Shown: positions 29,737-39,166 of the stretch, piece after piece
How the letters are laid out: every line of letters begins with the position of its first letter
Position numbering within the stretch: position 1 is the first letter of the stretch
IMG/VR virus record: IMGVR_UViG_3300048834_000455
Location: 25,906 to 89,905 of that record
DNA length: 64,000 nt
Strand: one strand, 5' to 3'
Source of the DNA: a virus
Notes under the pieces: generated by a model
What the model saw: the letters and a program-made list of their open reading frames with translations, nothing else
The model's database searches: none
What the model was told of the DNA's origin: nothing
Translations under genes and position numbers: made by a program

Positions 29737-31158
29737 ATGACCGAAGAAAAGCAGATCGCGGAGTGGAACCGCAAGAACGCCGAGGATAGCCCTGACCGCC
29801 TGACCCACAAGAGGAAGCTGGCGGAGTTGGGCGAGCATTGCAACGCCATCGTGGCGCTCGTCGACGACTACTTTCAGCCGCCGAACCTGATGGCCTGGCG
29901 TGGCGATGGGGACTGGGAGGTCTTCATCCGGCGCAAGGGCAGCAGTGTCGAGTTTGGGCCGAGCGAGTGGGAAGCGGAGGAGACGTTATGAGCATCTGTG
30001 GGATTTGCGCGTGCGAGAGGTGCATCTGTGCTGAAGCGGGCATAGGCTTACCTTCAGCACAGTTTGTCGCAGACATGGCCACTCGCTCGGCCCAGTTTGC
30101 CGAATCGGTCGCGCGGCACTGCGCGAAGGAGCCCGCTCCTCCCGTAGAGGTCGCCGTCGATGGAAAGATGGCTGTCAACCTCCGCTTCAGGGTAAACGGC
30201 TGCGACGTGCCTGCCGAGCAGTTCGCCGAGGCTGTTGCGAGGACGAAGGGCGAGGGCAGCTTCCGCCACGAGATCCTCGTCGCTGACGACCTGCACGAGC
30301 CGACGACTCCCGAGGATGAGGCGAAGGCGCGGGAGTGGTACCAGACGATAATCCCTCGCGCTGGTGGTGGAACCGCGCACCATGAATACGACGTGGCCGC
30401 GTACATCGTGGGGGACATGGTCGCGGAGGAGCGAGAGGCGTCGCCCGCCCATCTCGGATCGGGAGAGTGGATCTGCGGCATCTTTGAGGATGGACCCGAG
30501 GGCAATAACCCGTGGGCGCGCTATGCAATGCAACTCCTGCAGGCGCTCAGGAACGCCAAGGCCGCAGACGCCAGCTTCTACAAGTGCCCGGGTGAGCGGG
30601 AGAGCACGGTGTGGGGGCACATCGAGAGAGCGCTGGCCCTGCCGATGCCGGGGGCCGACGATGCCGCCATGGTGCTCGACATCGGCTGCGAGTGCAACAA
30701 GGCTGGCCGGCCGCACAAGACGGGATGCCCGATGCCAGTCGACGAGATTGAGGAGACGAAGGGCCGTGGTTAGCGTGATGACCGAGAGCCAGTTCCAGGC
30801 ACGTGCTGGCGTGGCGGTGATGGCGAAGCACCGAGGACGCTATGACCTCCTGTGGGCCAACGAGAAGGTGTTCTACAAGGGGAATGATAGCTACACCTAC
30901 CAGTACCACGGTGAGCTTGTGCCCGACCAGGTCCCGCCGAGCTTCAACGACCGCGCTCTGGCCTTCTCGCTGTGGGTGCGGCACCGCGTGTGCCCGTGGA
31001 TTGACCGCGTGCTCTGGGCCATCGCTTTCCTGGGGTTCCTTGTGGGGTTCATGGCGGGCTTTGCGGAGGCTGGGTTCTCGTTGCCGGCGACACCGGGAGC
31101 GGCGGCCATCGGGTTCCTCACAGGGTGGGGCATCGCGTTTCGCACGAGGTTGCCGTGA
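29737..31158 (+). CDS. hypothetical proteins (29737..29991, 29988..30773, 30778..31158 with C-terminal TM helices)
   Basis: Coupled ORFs. Confidence 0.5.
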
Positions 31159-31655
31159 TCGCCACCTGCGACCGCTTCCGTCGCCCGAAGCGCTGCTATA
31201 CCACGGAGATAGAGGCCAAGATTGCCATCGACGTGATGCGATCGCGCGGGACCGGCAAGGTCGGCGTTCCCTTCGCACGTGAGCGCCTGCAAAGCCTGGC
31301 CCCTTTCCAGTGCGAGGTCTGCGGCAGTTGGCACGTGGGCAGTCAGCGAGGCCTAGCGCCAAAGCTCCTTGCGTCTTCCCAGAAGCAGGCGGCGCTGGAT
31401 GCCCTCGCCTCGGCGCCCGAGGAGATGCACACCTCTGCAGCGGCCGCGTTCTGCTTCGTCGGCGTGCGGCGGGTGCTCAACGCCGTCGGGCAGCATCTCT
31501 GGCCGAAGCTCGTGGACAACGGCGGGCCCGACTACCTCTTCTCGCGGGACCAGCTTCGCGCGTGGGTTGTTGCGGGATGGCCACGGTCGTCACCGAGGGT
31601 GAGAATGCGGGTGGTGCTCGACCGGCACTTTCCTCCGAAAGAGAAGCTCGCGTGA
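31155..31655 (+). CDS. Zn-finger plus HTH-like protein
   Basis: KRCYTTEIEA...FQCEVCGSWHVG, followed by a C-terminal ...YLFSRDQLRAW Xis-like tail. Confidence 0.5.
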   Translation: MIATCDRFRRPKRCYTTEIEAKIAIDVMRSRGTGKVGVPFARERLQSLAPFQCEVCGSWHVGSQRGLAPKLLASSQKQAALDALASAPEEMHTSAAAAFCFVGVRRVLNAVGQHLWPKLVDNGGPDYLFSRDQLRAWVVAGWPRSSPRVRMRVVLDRHFPPKEKLA

Positions 31656-31683
31656 TGGGACCTATCGGCGGGGCTTGGCGAAG
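31649..31683 (+). promoter_or_regulatory. bipartite repeated motif, copy 3 (CGCGTGATGGGACC-N16-CGAAG)
   Basis: Exact 14-mer at a gene junction, followed by SD AGGAG and ATG 31713. Confidence 0.65.
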
Positions 31684-31712
31684 AATGTGTGAGGATTTCG
31701 AGAGGAGACACC

Positions 31713-34700
31713 ATGATTCCAGATGAGATGCCGGCCGGGTTGGCCAGAGTGGTGCGCGGCTATGGCGCCGATTGGATGACATGGAGGCCGGGTGTAACCG
31801 ACCCCACCTGGACCGCCAGGACGCATGGTTACACCTTCTGGCTGCAGGAGACGAGAGCCCTGACTACATGGCGCGAGCCTGACGTGCTGGTCGCGATGCT
31901 AGATCACGGCTCGCGCCTTGTAGAGCGACTATTTCTCAACGTGGAGAGCTACAGCGAGACGCTCATCAAGTGGTTCAAGAAGGCCAGGATAGCCGAGCAA
32001 CAAGCCAACCGCGTCGACGAAGACGCTCTGGAGATTCTCTCGGCCGGTTGGTCCGGCAACGACCCAGAGAACAGGAGCAAGGTTTCCTTTCAGCACTGCC
32101 AAGCTGGAGAGTTGGCAATGATGGGCGTTTTCATTATGCGGCGGCAATGGCCCGGCGAACCCTGGCGCGAGGTTGACGACGGATGGCTAGACGCTGCGGG
32201 CATGGAGCGTCTAGAAACGTACTTGGCCGAGTGCAGGGCGAGGCGCGAGAAGGCAGCCGCCGAGGCCACCTCGTGACCGACACCGAGAAGCTCGTCGAGC
32301 GATGCCCCGGCATGCCCGTGCATGCCGCTCACGCTATCGTGATGCACGGTGGCCAGGACCTCGCGTGGCAATGGTTCGATGCTGGTAACGTCTGCCACGC
32401 CAAAGGCGAGCGGGACCTCCTCGTGCGCGTCGAGCTTGCAGGGCGGCCGGGGCAGGAGCATGGCTATCTGTTCCAGTTTGGCAGAGGTGACGACTGGAGC
32501 GCATATCGCCAGCACTGGTTCCAGTACGAGGCGGTTGGGCACGGCGATGTCAGGCCTGCGGTGGTCGAGCTGTTCGAGCAGATGCGCACGATGGACCCTC
32601 GCTTCCTCACGGGGCTGCCCGAGGATCTGCGGAAGATAGCCGAGCAGGCTCTCACGATGCACCGAGCCTGGGACACGGCATGGGCGGCCGGTGGAGTGAA
32701 CAGCCTCTTTCTCGTCTGGGGCGATAGCGACGACATACCACGGGCGCGAATCCACTGGACCAAGCGCCACTTCGTGCAGATGTCCTACAACGGACCAGAT
32801 GACGAGGTCTTTAGCCTGCAGACGAAGGACCTTCGCTACTCTGACGACTTCGCCAAGTTCGTGCAGTGCTTCCGGGTGGAGGCCACGGTATGAGCGACAC
32901 GATCTTGGGCGACAAGCCCGCACCCAACAGCCTCTGCGACTATGGCAACGGGCCGAACGTGACGGAGAAATACATGCTCCGCCTAATCGCTGACGATGCC
33001 GACCTCGACAAGACGCTGGTTAGAGTTCGGTGGGAGCTTTTCTACGGCTGCCATGGCAGCACGACGACGGTGTTCAAGGGGTCCTACCCTAGCCCGGCCG
33101 AGGCGGCGCAAGCTGGAGCCGATGCTATCAAGCACCACCGAGAGGGCTTCGCCCACGCGAATGAGCTAGCGGTGTTGATGGCGAGGTACAACCGGATATG
33201 ACCGCGCTCCTAACCGTCATCACGCTTCTGGCACCTCTGGCCGTGGTGGCGTTCGCGATGTGCCCTTTCTTCGCTGCGGTTTCAGAGCGTGCCCGCGAGC
33301 AGATTGACCTCGAATGGGTGCTGGTCTGTACGCTGATTGTGGTCGCGCTTCTCGGAACGTTCACCTCGGGCTGGTTCATCTCTGCCCTCTGGTATCGACC
33401 CAATGCTCTACCGCCGCTGGTTGCCCTCGTCTGGGCCTCGCTTCTGGGCGGCTGGCTGGTGTCGATGGGGCAGCACTTCAAGCGGCACAGCCAGATGGAG
33501 AAGGAATGGTTCGAGATGCGCCGCGCCAAGGAGGGCGCCGAGAACGCCTTGACCTGCGCGGACATGCTCGAGTGGCACCACGCTTGGTTCATCTCAGACC
33601 TTGACCTCGTTCTCCTGACGATGCTCGATGGAAAGCCCGAGGTTCTCGCCAACCTCTGGGAAGGGTGGGGCTACGATAAGCGCAACGAGGTCAGATTTTC
33701 GCTGTGGAAATTGCAGAGGGCTGGCCTGACGGAGCTTGGCCCCAAGATCTCCTGTAGGGTTCCTGACGAGTGGACGGGTCACCTAGAAGACTCCTCCGAG
33801 CGAACGGAGACGCGAGACCGCAGCACCATCCAGACGAGCGTCAAAGGTCGCGAGACCGTGGCAAGGTGCTTCGGCAAAGGCAGGTTCTCGCCGTCGCACG
33901 CCCGCGAGTCGATAGAGGCTCAGGTCGCGGAGCGGTGGGCCAATGCGGCGTCTTGGCGCAAGTATGCGGGTGCCACCAAGTGACCGCACTACTCCTCGCT
34001 TCCGGCCTCGCCCTCTTCCTCGGCTACCGCTGGGGCCGGTGGTCACGGTTGCGGCAGTTGGTCCAGTGCTTCGGCTCCGAGCAGCTTTGCAAGCAGGAGC
34101 TGGTGACGATGGCCGAGCGGCAACGGCATCGCAACCTGCTGCGAACGGGCGACAAGGACGTGGTTGCGCTAGTTGACGCGCTGGATGAGCTTTGGACGGA
34201 CTACGTGGAGTGCGAGTGGCAGACGACTCCCGAGGGCCTGGAGCTTCGGCAGGCGCTGAAGACGGTTGCGGATGCTGTTGGCCGGCCGTTGGGAGCGTGC
34301 GCGTGATGTATCTAGCCCTCAAGGAGATAGCGTTTATGGTCGAGCATCGGCAAGAGCTTATCAACGAGATTCTCGACCAGGCGCAGACGAGCGCGGAGTC
34401 CTACGGGCACTTCCCGCAGTCAGACGTGAGCAATGTGCGGATGTGCGCTTGCATCCTCTGGGACCTCGCGCAGGCCATGGAGACGAAGCCTGCCAAGGGC
34501 GAGAAGAGGGCGTCTAGCTTCACGATATCGCCCGAAATGAAGGCGTTCCTGGAGCGGGCCTATGCGGCGGGAGAGTTGACGAGATGAGCGCTTCCGTCGG
34601 CGACATGATTCTCGTGGCTGTCTTTGCGGCTGGGTGGGCCTTCGGCCTCGGCTGGTCTCGCGGCTACCTCGCGGGCTACAAGTATTGCTACTGGATATAT

Positions 34701-36678
34701 AAGGGTCGGAAGTGGCCTGAGCCAGGGGACGAGGAGTGATGCACGTTGTAGAGGATGCTCACGCCGAGCCTGAATTCGAGATGAAGGTTCGCCTCCAACG
34801 CCTTTCCGATGGGAGCTACACGGTTCTCGGGCTGCGTCTCGACGAGGAGGACGAGAAGCACGCGCCACACGGCAAGCCGATGCTGACGGCCGTCTTTCGC
34901 TGGATGCGGCAGTTTGTGCTGCCCGGCATCAACCTCGTCGCGAAGATGAACTGGGGCTTCGGCCAGGCCATCCTGATGGACGACGCTACAGCCCTGGCGA
35001 CTCAGGCGCAGTTCGATGCGCTGTCAGAGTACTCGGCGAGCTTCCCTAGCGACACCTACGTGGGCAAGGTCTGGAAGCGGCGTCACGGTGACGGCTGGCT
35101 CCTGGGCGAGTACGTCGACACGCCCGACCCGAACCTCGTGGGCGTGAAGTGGCGTGAGCTTCTGGTGGTGGAGGCATGATGACCGTGACCAAGCCCACGC
35201 CGCAGACCCTCAAGCGCATCGAGGCCGAGGTGGTGCACTGGCCCGAGAAGGGTGTGTCGAACCTCGTTCAGCTTCGCCGTATCCGCGACGGCGACCAGAC
35301 GCACTACGAGGTGTATTGGCGCCGAGAGTGGCTTCACCTCGGCTGTGTTCGCAAGTATCGCGACGAGGACCACGGGTGGGTATGGGAGCAGCGTTGGCCC
35401 TGGGAGAGCGAATTCTGGGCCGCATACAAGGGCAACCGGGGCGAGGCGATCCGCGACCTCGTGCAGGTTTACGTCTACAACAACGGCACCGGCGAGGATG
35501 ACGAGTCGTGAAGATTGGCGAGGCCACGAGGATAGACGACAGGTGCTTCCATCCCGCCAACCCCGACCACCGGGTCGAGCCCACGAAGGACGGCGGCTAC
35601 TGCGTCTTCGACCCTGGCGGCGTGCAGATTGGCGCCGTCGCCCGAGAGAACAGCGGCACGTGGTGCTTCGCGGGTGCCATCGCTGGAGCAGGATCGTTCG
35701 CCTCGCCTCTCGCTGCTCTCGTGGCGCTGTTCGATGAGCTTTGGAAGCGCGTCGACAAGATCGCCGTCAACCGGAACCCTCGCCCCAAGGTCGCAAACGG
35801 GAGACGCAAGTGATGACCACAGAGACCGACGAAGCACCCGGCCTGGTCGCCCTCATCTTCTCGTGCATCTGCTGCGGCACGACGGAGGGCGGGCGCGTGC
35901 TCGCCTCGCTAGGGCCGTTCTGCCACCGATGCCACCAGAAGGGCGAGGACGAGCCGAAGCTTGGCCGCTACACCGAGGCCGAGCAAGCGGCGCTCATCGA
36001 CATCGCGGTGGCCAGCGGGTGGGAGCATCCGTGGCAGGTGAACCTCTGGCAGCGCGAGGTCTGGCGTGCGGCGCGAGGGCGAACGCTCAAAGGTGCGACG
36101 ACGGCGCTGAAGAGGCTACTGGAGCGCAAGAGCCTGGAGCCTTGGCGGTGGGCAGACCCCGAGGGTGCGGAGTTGCTGGACTATGGGCGGCTGGCGGAGG
36201 TGAGGGCGTGAGTGAAGAGTATGACCCAGCAGATGAACGATGCTTCTGTCACGGCTACGATGTCGACTGCTGCCCGTGCGTCAACGGCGATGAGCCTTGG
36301 CCTGACGTGAGGCCCGCACTGGCCAAAGACACCGTCGAGTACGCATCCCACTTCAAGGCGTTCATGGCCCACTGTGCGGAAGGCGCCGCCGATACCAGTA
36401 GGGCGCACCGGAAGACCTTCTGGCGCAGCGTCATGTGCCCGTGCCCGGTGGAGGGATTCCCGAGGGTCGTGCAAGTCGAGGGTCCTGCCGCTGCCCACCT
36501 CTGCGGTATGGTCGCGGTTGTGGTCGCTCTCGAGGGGCATCCGCAGTGGGGCCGAGCTTGGGTGGAGATAAAGGGCCATGAGCTTGACCGCTACGGGTTG
36601 GAGAACCTGCAGTTGGCGTTGGCTTCGGCGCACGAGGACATGGCGCACATCGAGTATGCGCCCGAGGGGGACGAGTGA
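31713..36678 (+). CDS. chain of hypothetical proteins (31713..32276, 32273..32893, 32890..33201, 33198..33983 membrane protein, 33980..34306, 34306..34587, 34739..35179, 35176..35511, 35508..35813, 35813..36211, 36208..36678)
   Basis: Coupled + strand ORFs; 33198..33983 begins with three hydrophobic helices. Confidence 0.55.
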
Positions 36679-37175
36679 AGCACCTCCGCTATCTCTCCTA
36701 CCTCCTTCGCCACAAGTGGTGGGTCGTGTTCGCCGCTGTGAAGATGCGCCTCTGGCCCTGGGGCCACCCTTGGCTTTGGCTGCGCCTACTCGTGCACGAC
36801 TGGAGCAAATGCTTGCCATCAGAGTGGATTCCGTATGCCGAGAGCTTCTACGGGCCGCACGAGTGGAAGGCGAGGCCGACTGAGATGAAGGCCGCCTTCA
36901 ACAGAGCCTGGCTACTGCATATCCACCGGCAAGACCACCATTGGCAGCATCATTGCCTCTTGGAGGACAGTGGCGGGATGAAGGTGCTCGAGATGGGCAC
37001 GGCCGCCACCTTGGAGATGGTTTGCGATTGGGCTGGAGCAGGGCGAGCTATCCAGGGTCGATGGGACCTTGGCGCGTGGTACACAGCTAACCGAGACCGC
37101 ATGCACCTTGGGCCGGAGACACGGCGGAAGGTCGAAGGACTCATAGCCCGACACTGGACGGCATCGCCACCGTGA
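36675..37175 (+). CDS. HD-like metal-binding phage protein (DUF5662-like)
   Basis: RHKW.V, HDWSK..P.E, AW..H...QDHHWQH, EMVCDWAGAGR. Confidence 0.7.
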   Translation: MKHLRYLSYLLRHKWWVVFAAVKMRLWPWGHPWLWLRLLVHDWSKCLPSEWIPYAESFYGPHEWKARPTEMKAAFNRAWLLHIHRQDHHWQHHCLLEDSGGMKVLEMGTAATLEMVCDWAGAGRAIQGRWDLGAWYTANRDRMHLGPETRRKVEGLIARHWTASPP

Positions 37176-37916
37176 GCACCACCAACTTCGAGATCACCAC
37201 CGTCATCGTGCGCCACCACGATACTGGGCAGCTCGCCCTTGCGCCCTCTCACGCCGAACTGCCTGACGGCAAGATTGCAGACGCCAGCCTGCCGCTCTTT
37301 CGCCGCCTGTTCCGCAGCATGTGGCGGATGATGCTGCCGCTCGTGTACCAGCAGCAGACCGGCGACCTGATGGTGGAGCTAGACGGCGAGGGTCCACGCG
37401 GGCCAAGGGTGTTCCTCTCGCGCATCGACGCCGCCAACGGGCACCACTGGGCGGCTATGTCGCCAGAGGTGCAGTACCTCAACGCCTACGAGATGCGCCT
37501 TCACGCGGCGGCTCTGCTTGAGGGTGCCGACATGATGGACGCCAAGAATGCGACCGAGAATATGCTGCGGGAGACGCTGGAGGGGAAGCGTTGAGAGGTG
37601 CGCGAACCCTTTGCTGATGACCAGTTGGCGCCCCATCCACGAGCTTTACCTGGAAGCTGCCGAGAACTTCGACGAGATGGCCAAGCTTCGGCCGGCGACA
37701 TCTGCTCTCGGGAGGAGCGGGTTCATGCTCGAGTTTCGCGGTGATGTGCTGGCTATCGTCGCTCAGCATGCGGACGGCCATTGGTGCGCGACGATGCCCC
37801 GCAAGATGGGAGAGGCTGAGGGCAAGACGCCGCGCGAGGCGTCTATGGCACTGCTGCGGATGCTCTATCAGCGAGGCGTCGAGAGGCAAGCGCGGAGAGC
37901 GGAAAAAGCCGAGTAA
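37172..37916 (+). CDS. hypothetical proteins (37172..37594 and approximately 37617..37916)
   Basis: + strand ORFs continuing the operon. Confidence 0.5.
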
Positions 37917-37925
37917 GTTTCTCGG

Positions 37926-37960
37926 CGCGTGATGGGACCGATCCAAGGTGGCCGCCGAAA
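37926..37960 (+). promoter_or_regulatory. bipartite repeated motif, copy 4 (CGCGTGATGGGACC-N16-CGAAA)
   Basis: Intergenic, directly upstream of the TAAGGAG SD of ORF 37996. Confidence 0.7.
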
Positions 37961-37995
37961 CTCTGGAGACTAAGATTCAATAAGGAGACCAGAGA

Positions 37996-38736
37996 ATGCC
38001 TAAGACCCTGCGCCTGTCGCAAGTGATTGCCATCGAGAAGCAAGTAAAATCTCGCACCAACGGAGAGGGCGCTGAGTTGCACAAAGCCAACCAGAAAGCC
38101 GACCTCTTCACAGGCCTGAGCCGCGCATACGAGAAGAAGGATGAGGAAGGCGAAGACCTGCCCGGAGAGCAGAAGATCGTGCAGATGCGCGCGGGAGACA
38201 ATCTCGCGGCGTTCTCGACTCTGTGGGTCGAGTTGGTGGACGTGGTGGCGACTAAGGACTGGGGCAACTGCAGTGCCAAGGCCGACCTCGTGGTCAACGG
38301 GCAGACGCTGGTACAGGCGATGCCCGTGACGCATCTCATTTGGCTGGAGAAGCAGTTGGACGACCTGCGCACATTCATCGAGAAGCTGCCTGTTCTGGAC
38401 CCGTCGCGCACCTGGCGCCACGACCCTAGCTCGAACCTGTACGTCACCGACCCCGTGAAGACGGCGCGGTCGAAGGATGTGCCCCGGGTGCTGGTCAAGG
38501 CCGAGGCAACCGACAAGCACCCAGCACAAACCGAGGTGGTCAAGGAGAACGTGATTGTGGGCTACTGGTCGAGTGTATCGCAGTCGGGAGCTCTGCCGGA
38601 GTCGCGGCGTAGGTATCTCCTGGACCGCATCAACGACCTGCGGAAGGCGGTCAAGCAGGCCCGAGAAGAGGCCAACTCCATCAAGGTGGAGGAGGTCAGT
38701 GTCGGCGCCAAGATCGCCGCGTGGCTATCGAAGTAA
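37996..38736 (+). CDS. 246-aa uncharacterised protein, candidate partner of the downstream ncRNA
   Basis: Strong SD TAAGGAG; clean Lys/Glu-rich ORF with helical ends (LSQVIAIEK; LRKAVKQAREEAN) and a beta-hairpin-like middle (EATDKHPAQ). No enzyme motif. Confidence 0.85.
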   Translation: MPKTLRLSQVIAIEKQVKSRTNGEGAELHKANQKADLFTGLSRAYEKKDEEGEDLPGEQKIVQMRAGDNLAAFSTLWVELVDVVATKDWGNCSAKADLVVNGQTLVQAMPVTHLIWLEKQLDDLRTFIEKLPVLDPSRTWRHDPSSNLYVTDPVKTARSKDVPRVLVKAEATDKHPAQTEVVKENVIVGYWSSVSQSGALPESRRRYLLDRINDLRKAVKQAREEANSIKVEEVSVGAKIAAWLSK

Positions 38737-38777
38737 AAGTTGAGCAAGCTGAGACTGAGACTCAGAATTGATGGTCA

Positions 38778-38852
38778 GCCCTGAAAAGTGTTGGTTCGAA
38801 TCCAACTCCCCGCGCCACTTGCGGGGATGGCGCAACTGGTAGACGCAAGGGT
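38778..38852 (+). ncRNA. permuted tRNA-like domain 1
   Basis: T arm GTTGG-TTCGAAT-CCAAC (38790-38806); TCCCCGC(38807-13) G CCA CTT GCGGGGA(38821-27), a perfect 7-bp acceptor stem; TG; D arm GCGC-AACTGGTAG-ACGC; AGGGT(38848-52) pairs with GCCCT(38778-82) as an open anticodon-like stem. Confidence 0.85.
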
Positions 38853-38896
38853 CCACAGATTCAGGTTCCACTCAAGAAGCTAAACACAACAGCAGT

Positions 38897-39033
38897 CCCT
38901 CGAATCGAACTCGGAACGCCCATATCTCGAAGATGCTGGTTCGACTCCAGCCCCGGCCGCCACCTGGCCGGGTGTTCTAATGGCAAGATGTCGTTATTCA
39001 TGACTGAGCGTTGCGATTAAAAGCCGTCGAGGG
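38897..39033 (+). ncRNA. permuted tRNA-like domain 2 with its closing stem
   Basis: T arm GCTGG-TTCGACT-CCAGC (38935-51); CCCGGCC(38952-58) G CCA CCT GGCCGGG(38966-72); TG; D arm TCT-AATGGCA-AGA; TCG(38991-93)/CGA(38928-30); outer stem CCCTCGA(38897-903)/TCGAGGG(39027-33). Confidence 0.85.
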
Positions 39034-39054
39034 GTAAGCCCTGCGAACAAACTC

Positions 39055-39091
39055 GAGCCCTCAGTCGGCATAGCTGGGGGCTCTCTTATTT
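39055..39091 (+). terminator. intrinsic terminator-like hairpin ending the ncRNA unit
   Basis: GAGCCCTCAG(39055-64)/CTGGGGGCTC(39074-83) 10-bp stem with one G-U pair, followed by TCTTATTT. Confidence 0.65.
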
Positions 39092-39120
39092 GGCGTGGAA
39101 ATTGCTGCAAGAATCTTTGC

Positions 39121-39155
39121 CGCGTGATGGGACCGGCGCGGATTCGGTGGCGAAG
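39121..39155 (+). promoter_or_regulatory. bipartite repeated motif, copy 5 (CGCGTGATGGGACC-N16-CGAAG)
   Basis: Intergenic, just after the terminator and 11 nt before ATG 39167. Confidence 0.7.
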
Positions 39156-39166
39156 TCTATAGGCGC

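Larger units (their letters stand above)
38737..39090 (+). ncRNA. structured ncRNA containing two tandem circularly permuted tRNA-like domains
   Basis: No ORF in the track from 38748 to 39156. Two modules ordered T-arm, acceptor 3' strand, GCCA, 3-nt linker, acceptor 5' strand, D-arm. Confidence 0.8.

Noticed and set aside
38748-38765. CRISPR-like repeats
   Set aside because: Only 6-nt tandem units; no 25-40 nt repeat-spacer periodicity and no cas genes anywhere in the window.
38821-38962. A conventional tRNA gene read from the 5' half of module 1 to the T arm and CCA of module 2
   Set aside because: GCGGGGA does not pair with CCCGGCC. Each 5' strand pairs perfectly with the 3' strand just upstream of it, and there is no anticodon stem-loop, so the permuted reading fits better.
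38737-39090. Two-piece (permuted) tmRNA
   Set aside because: No G3-U70 pair, discriminator G rather than A, D stems present, two acceptor domains, and no recognisable tag reading frame.
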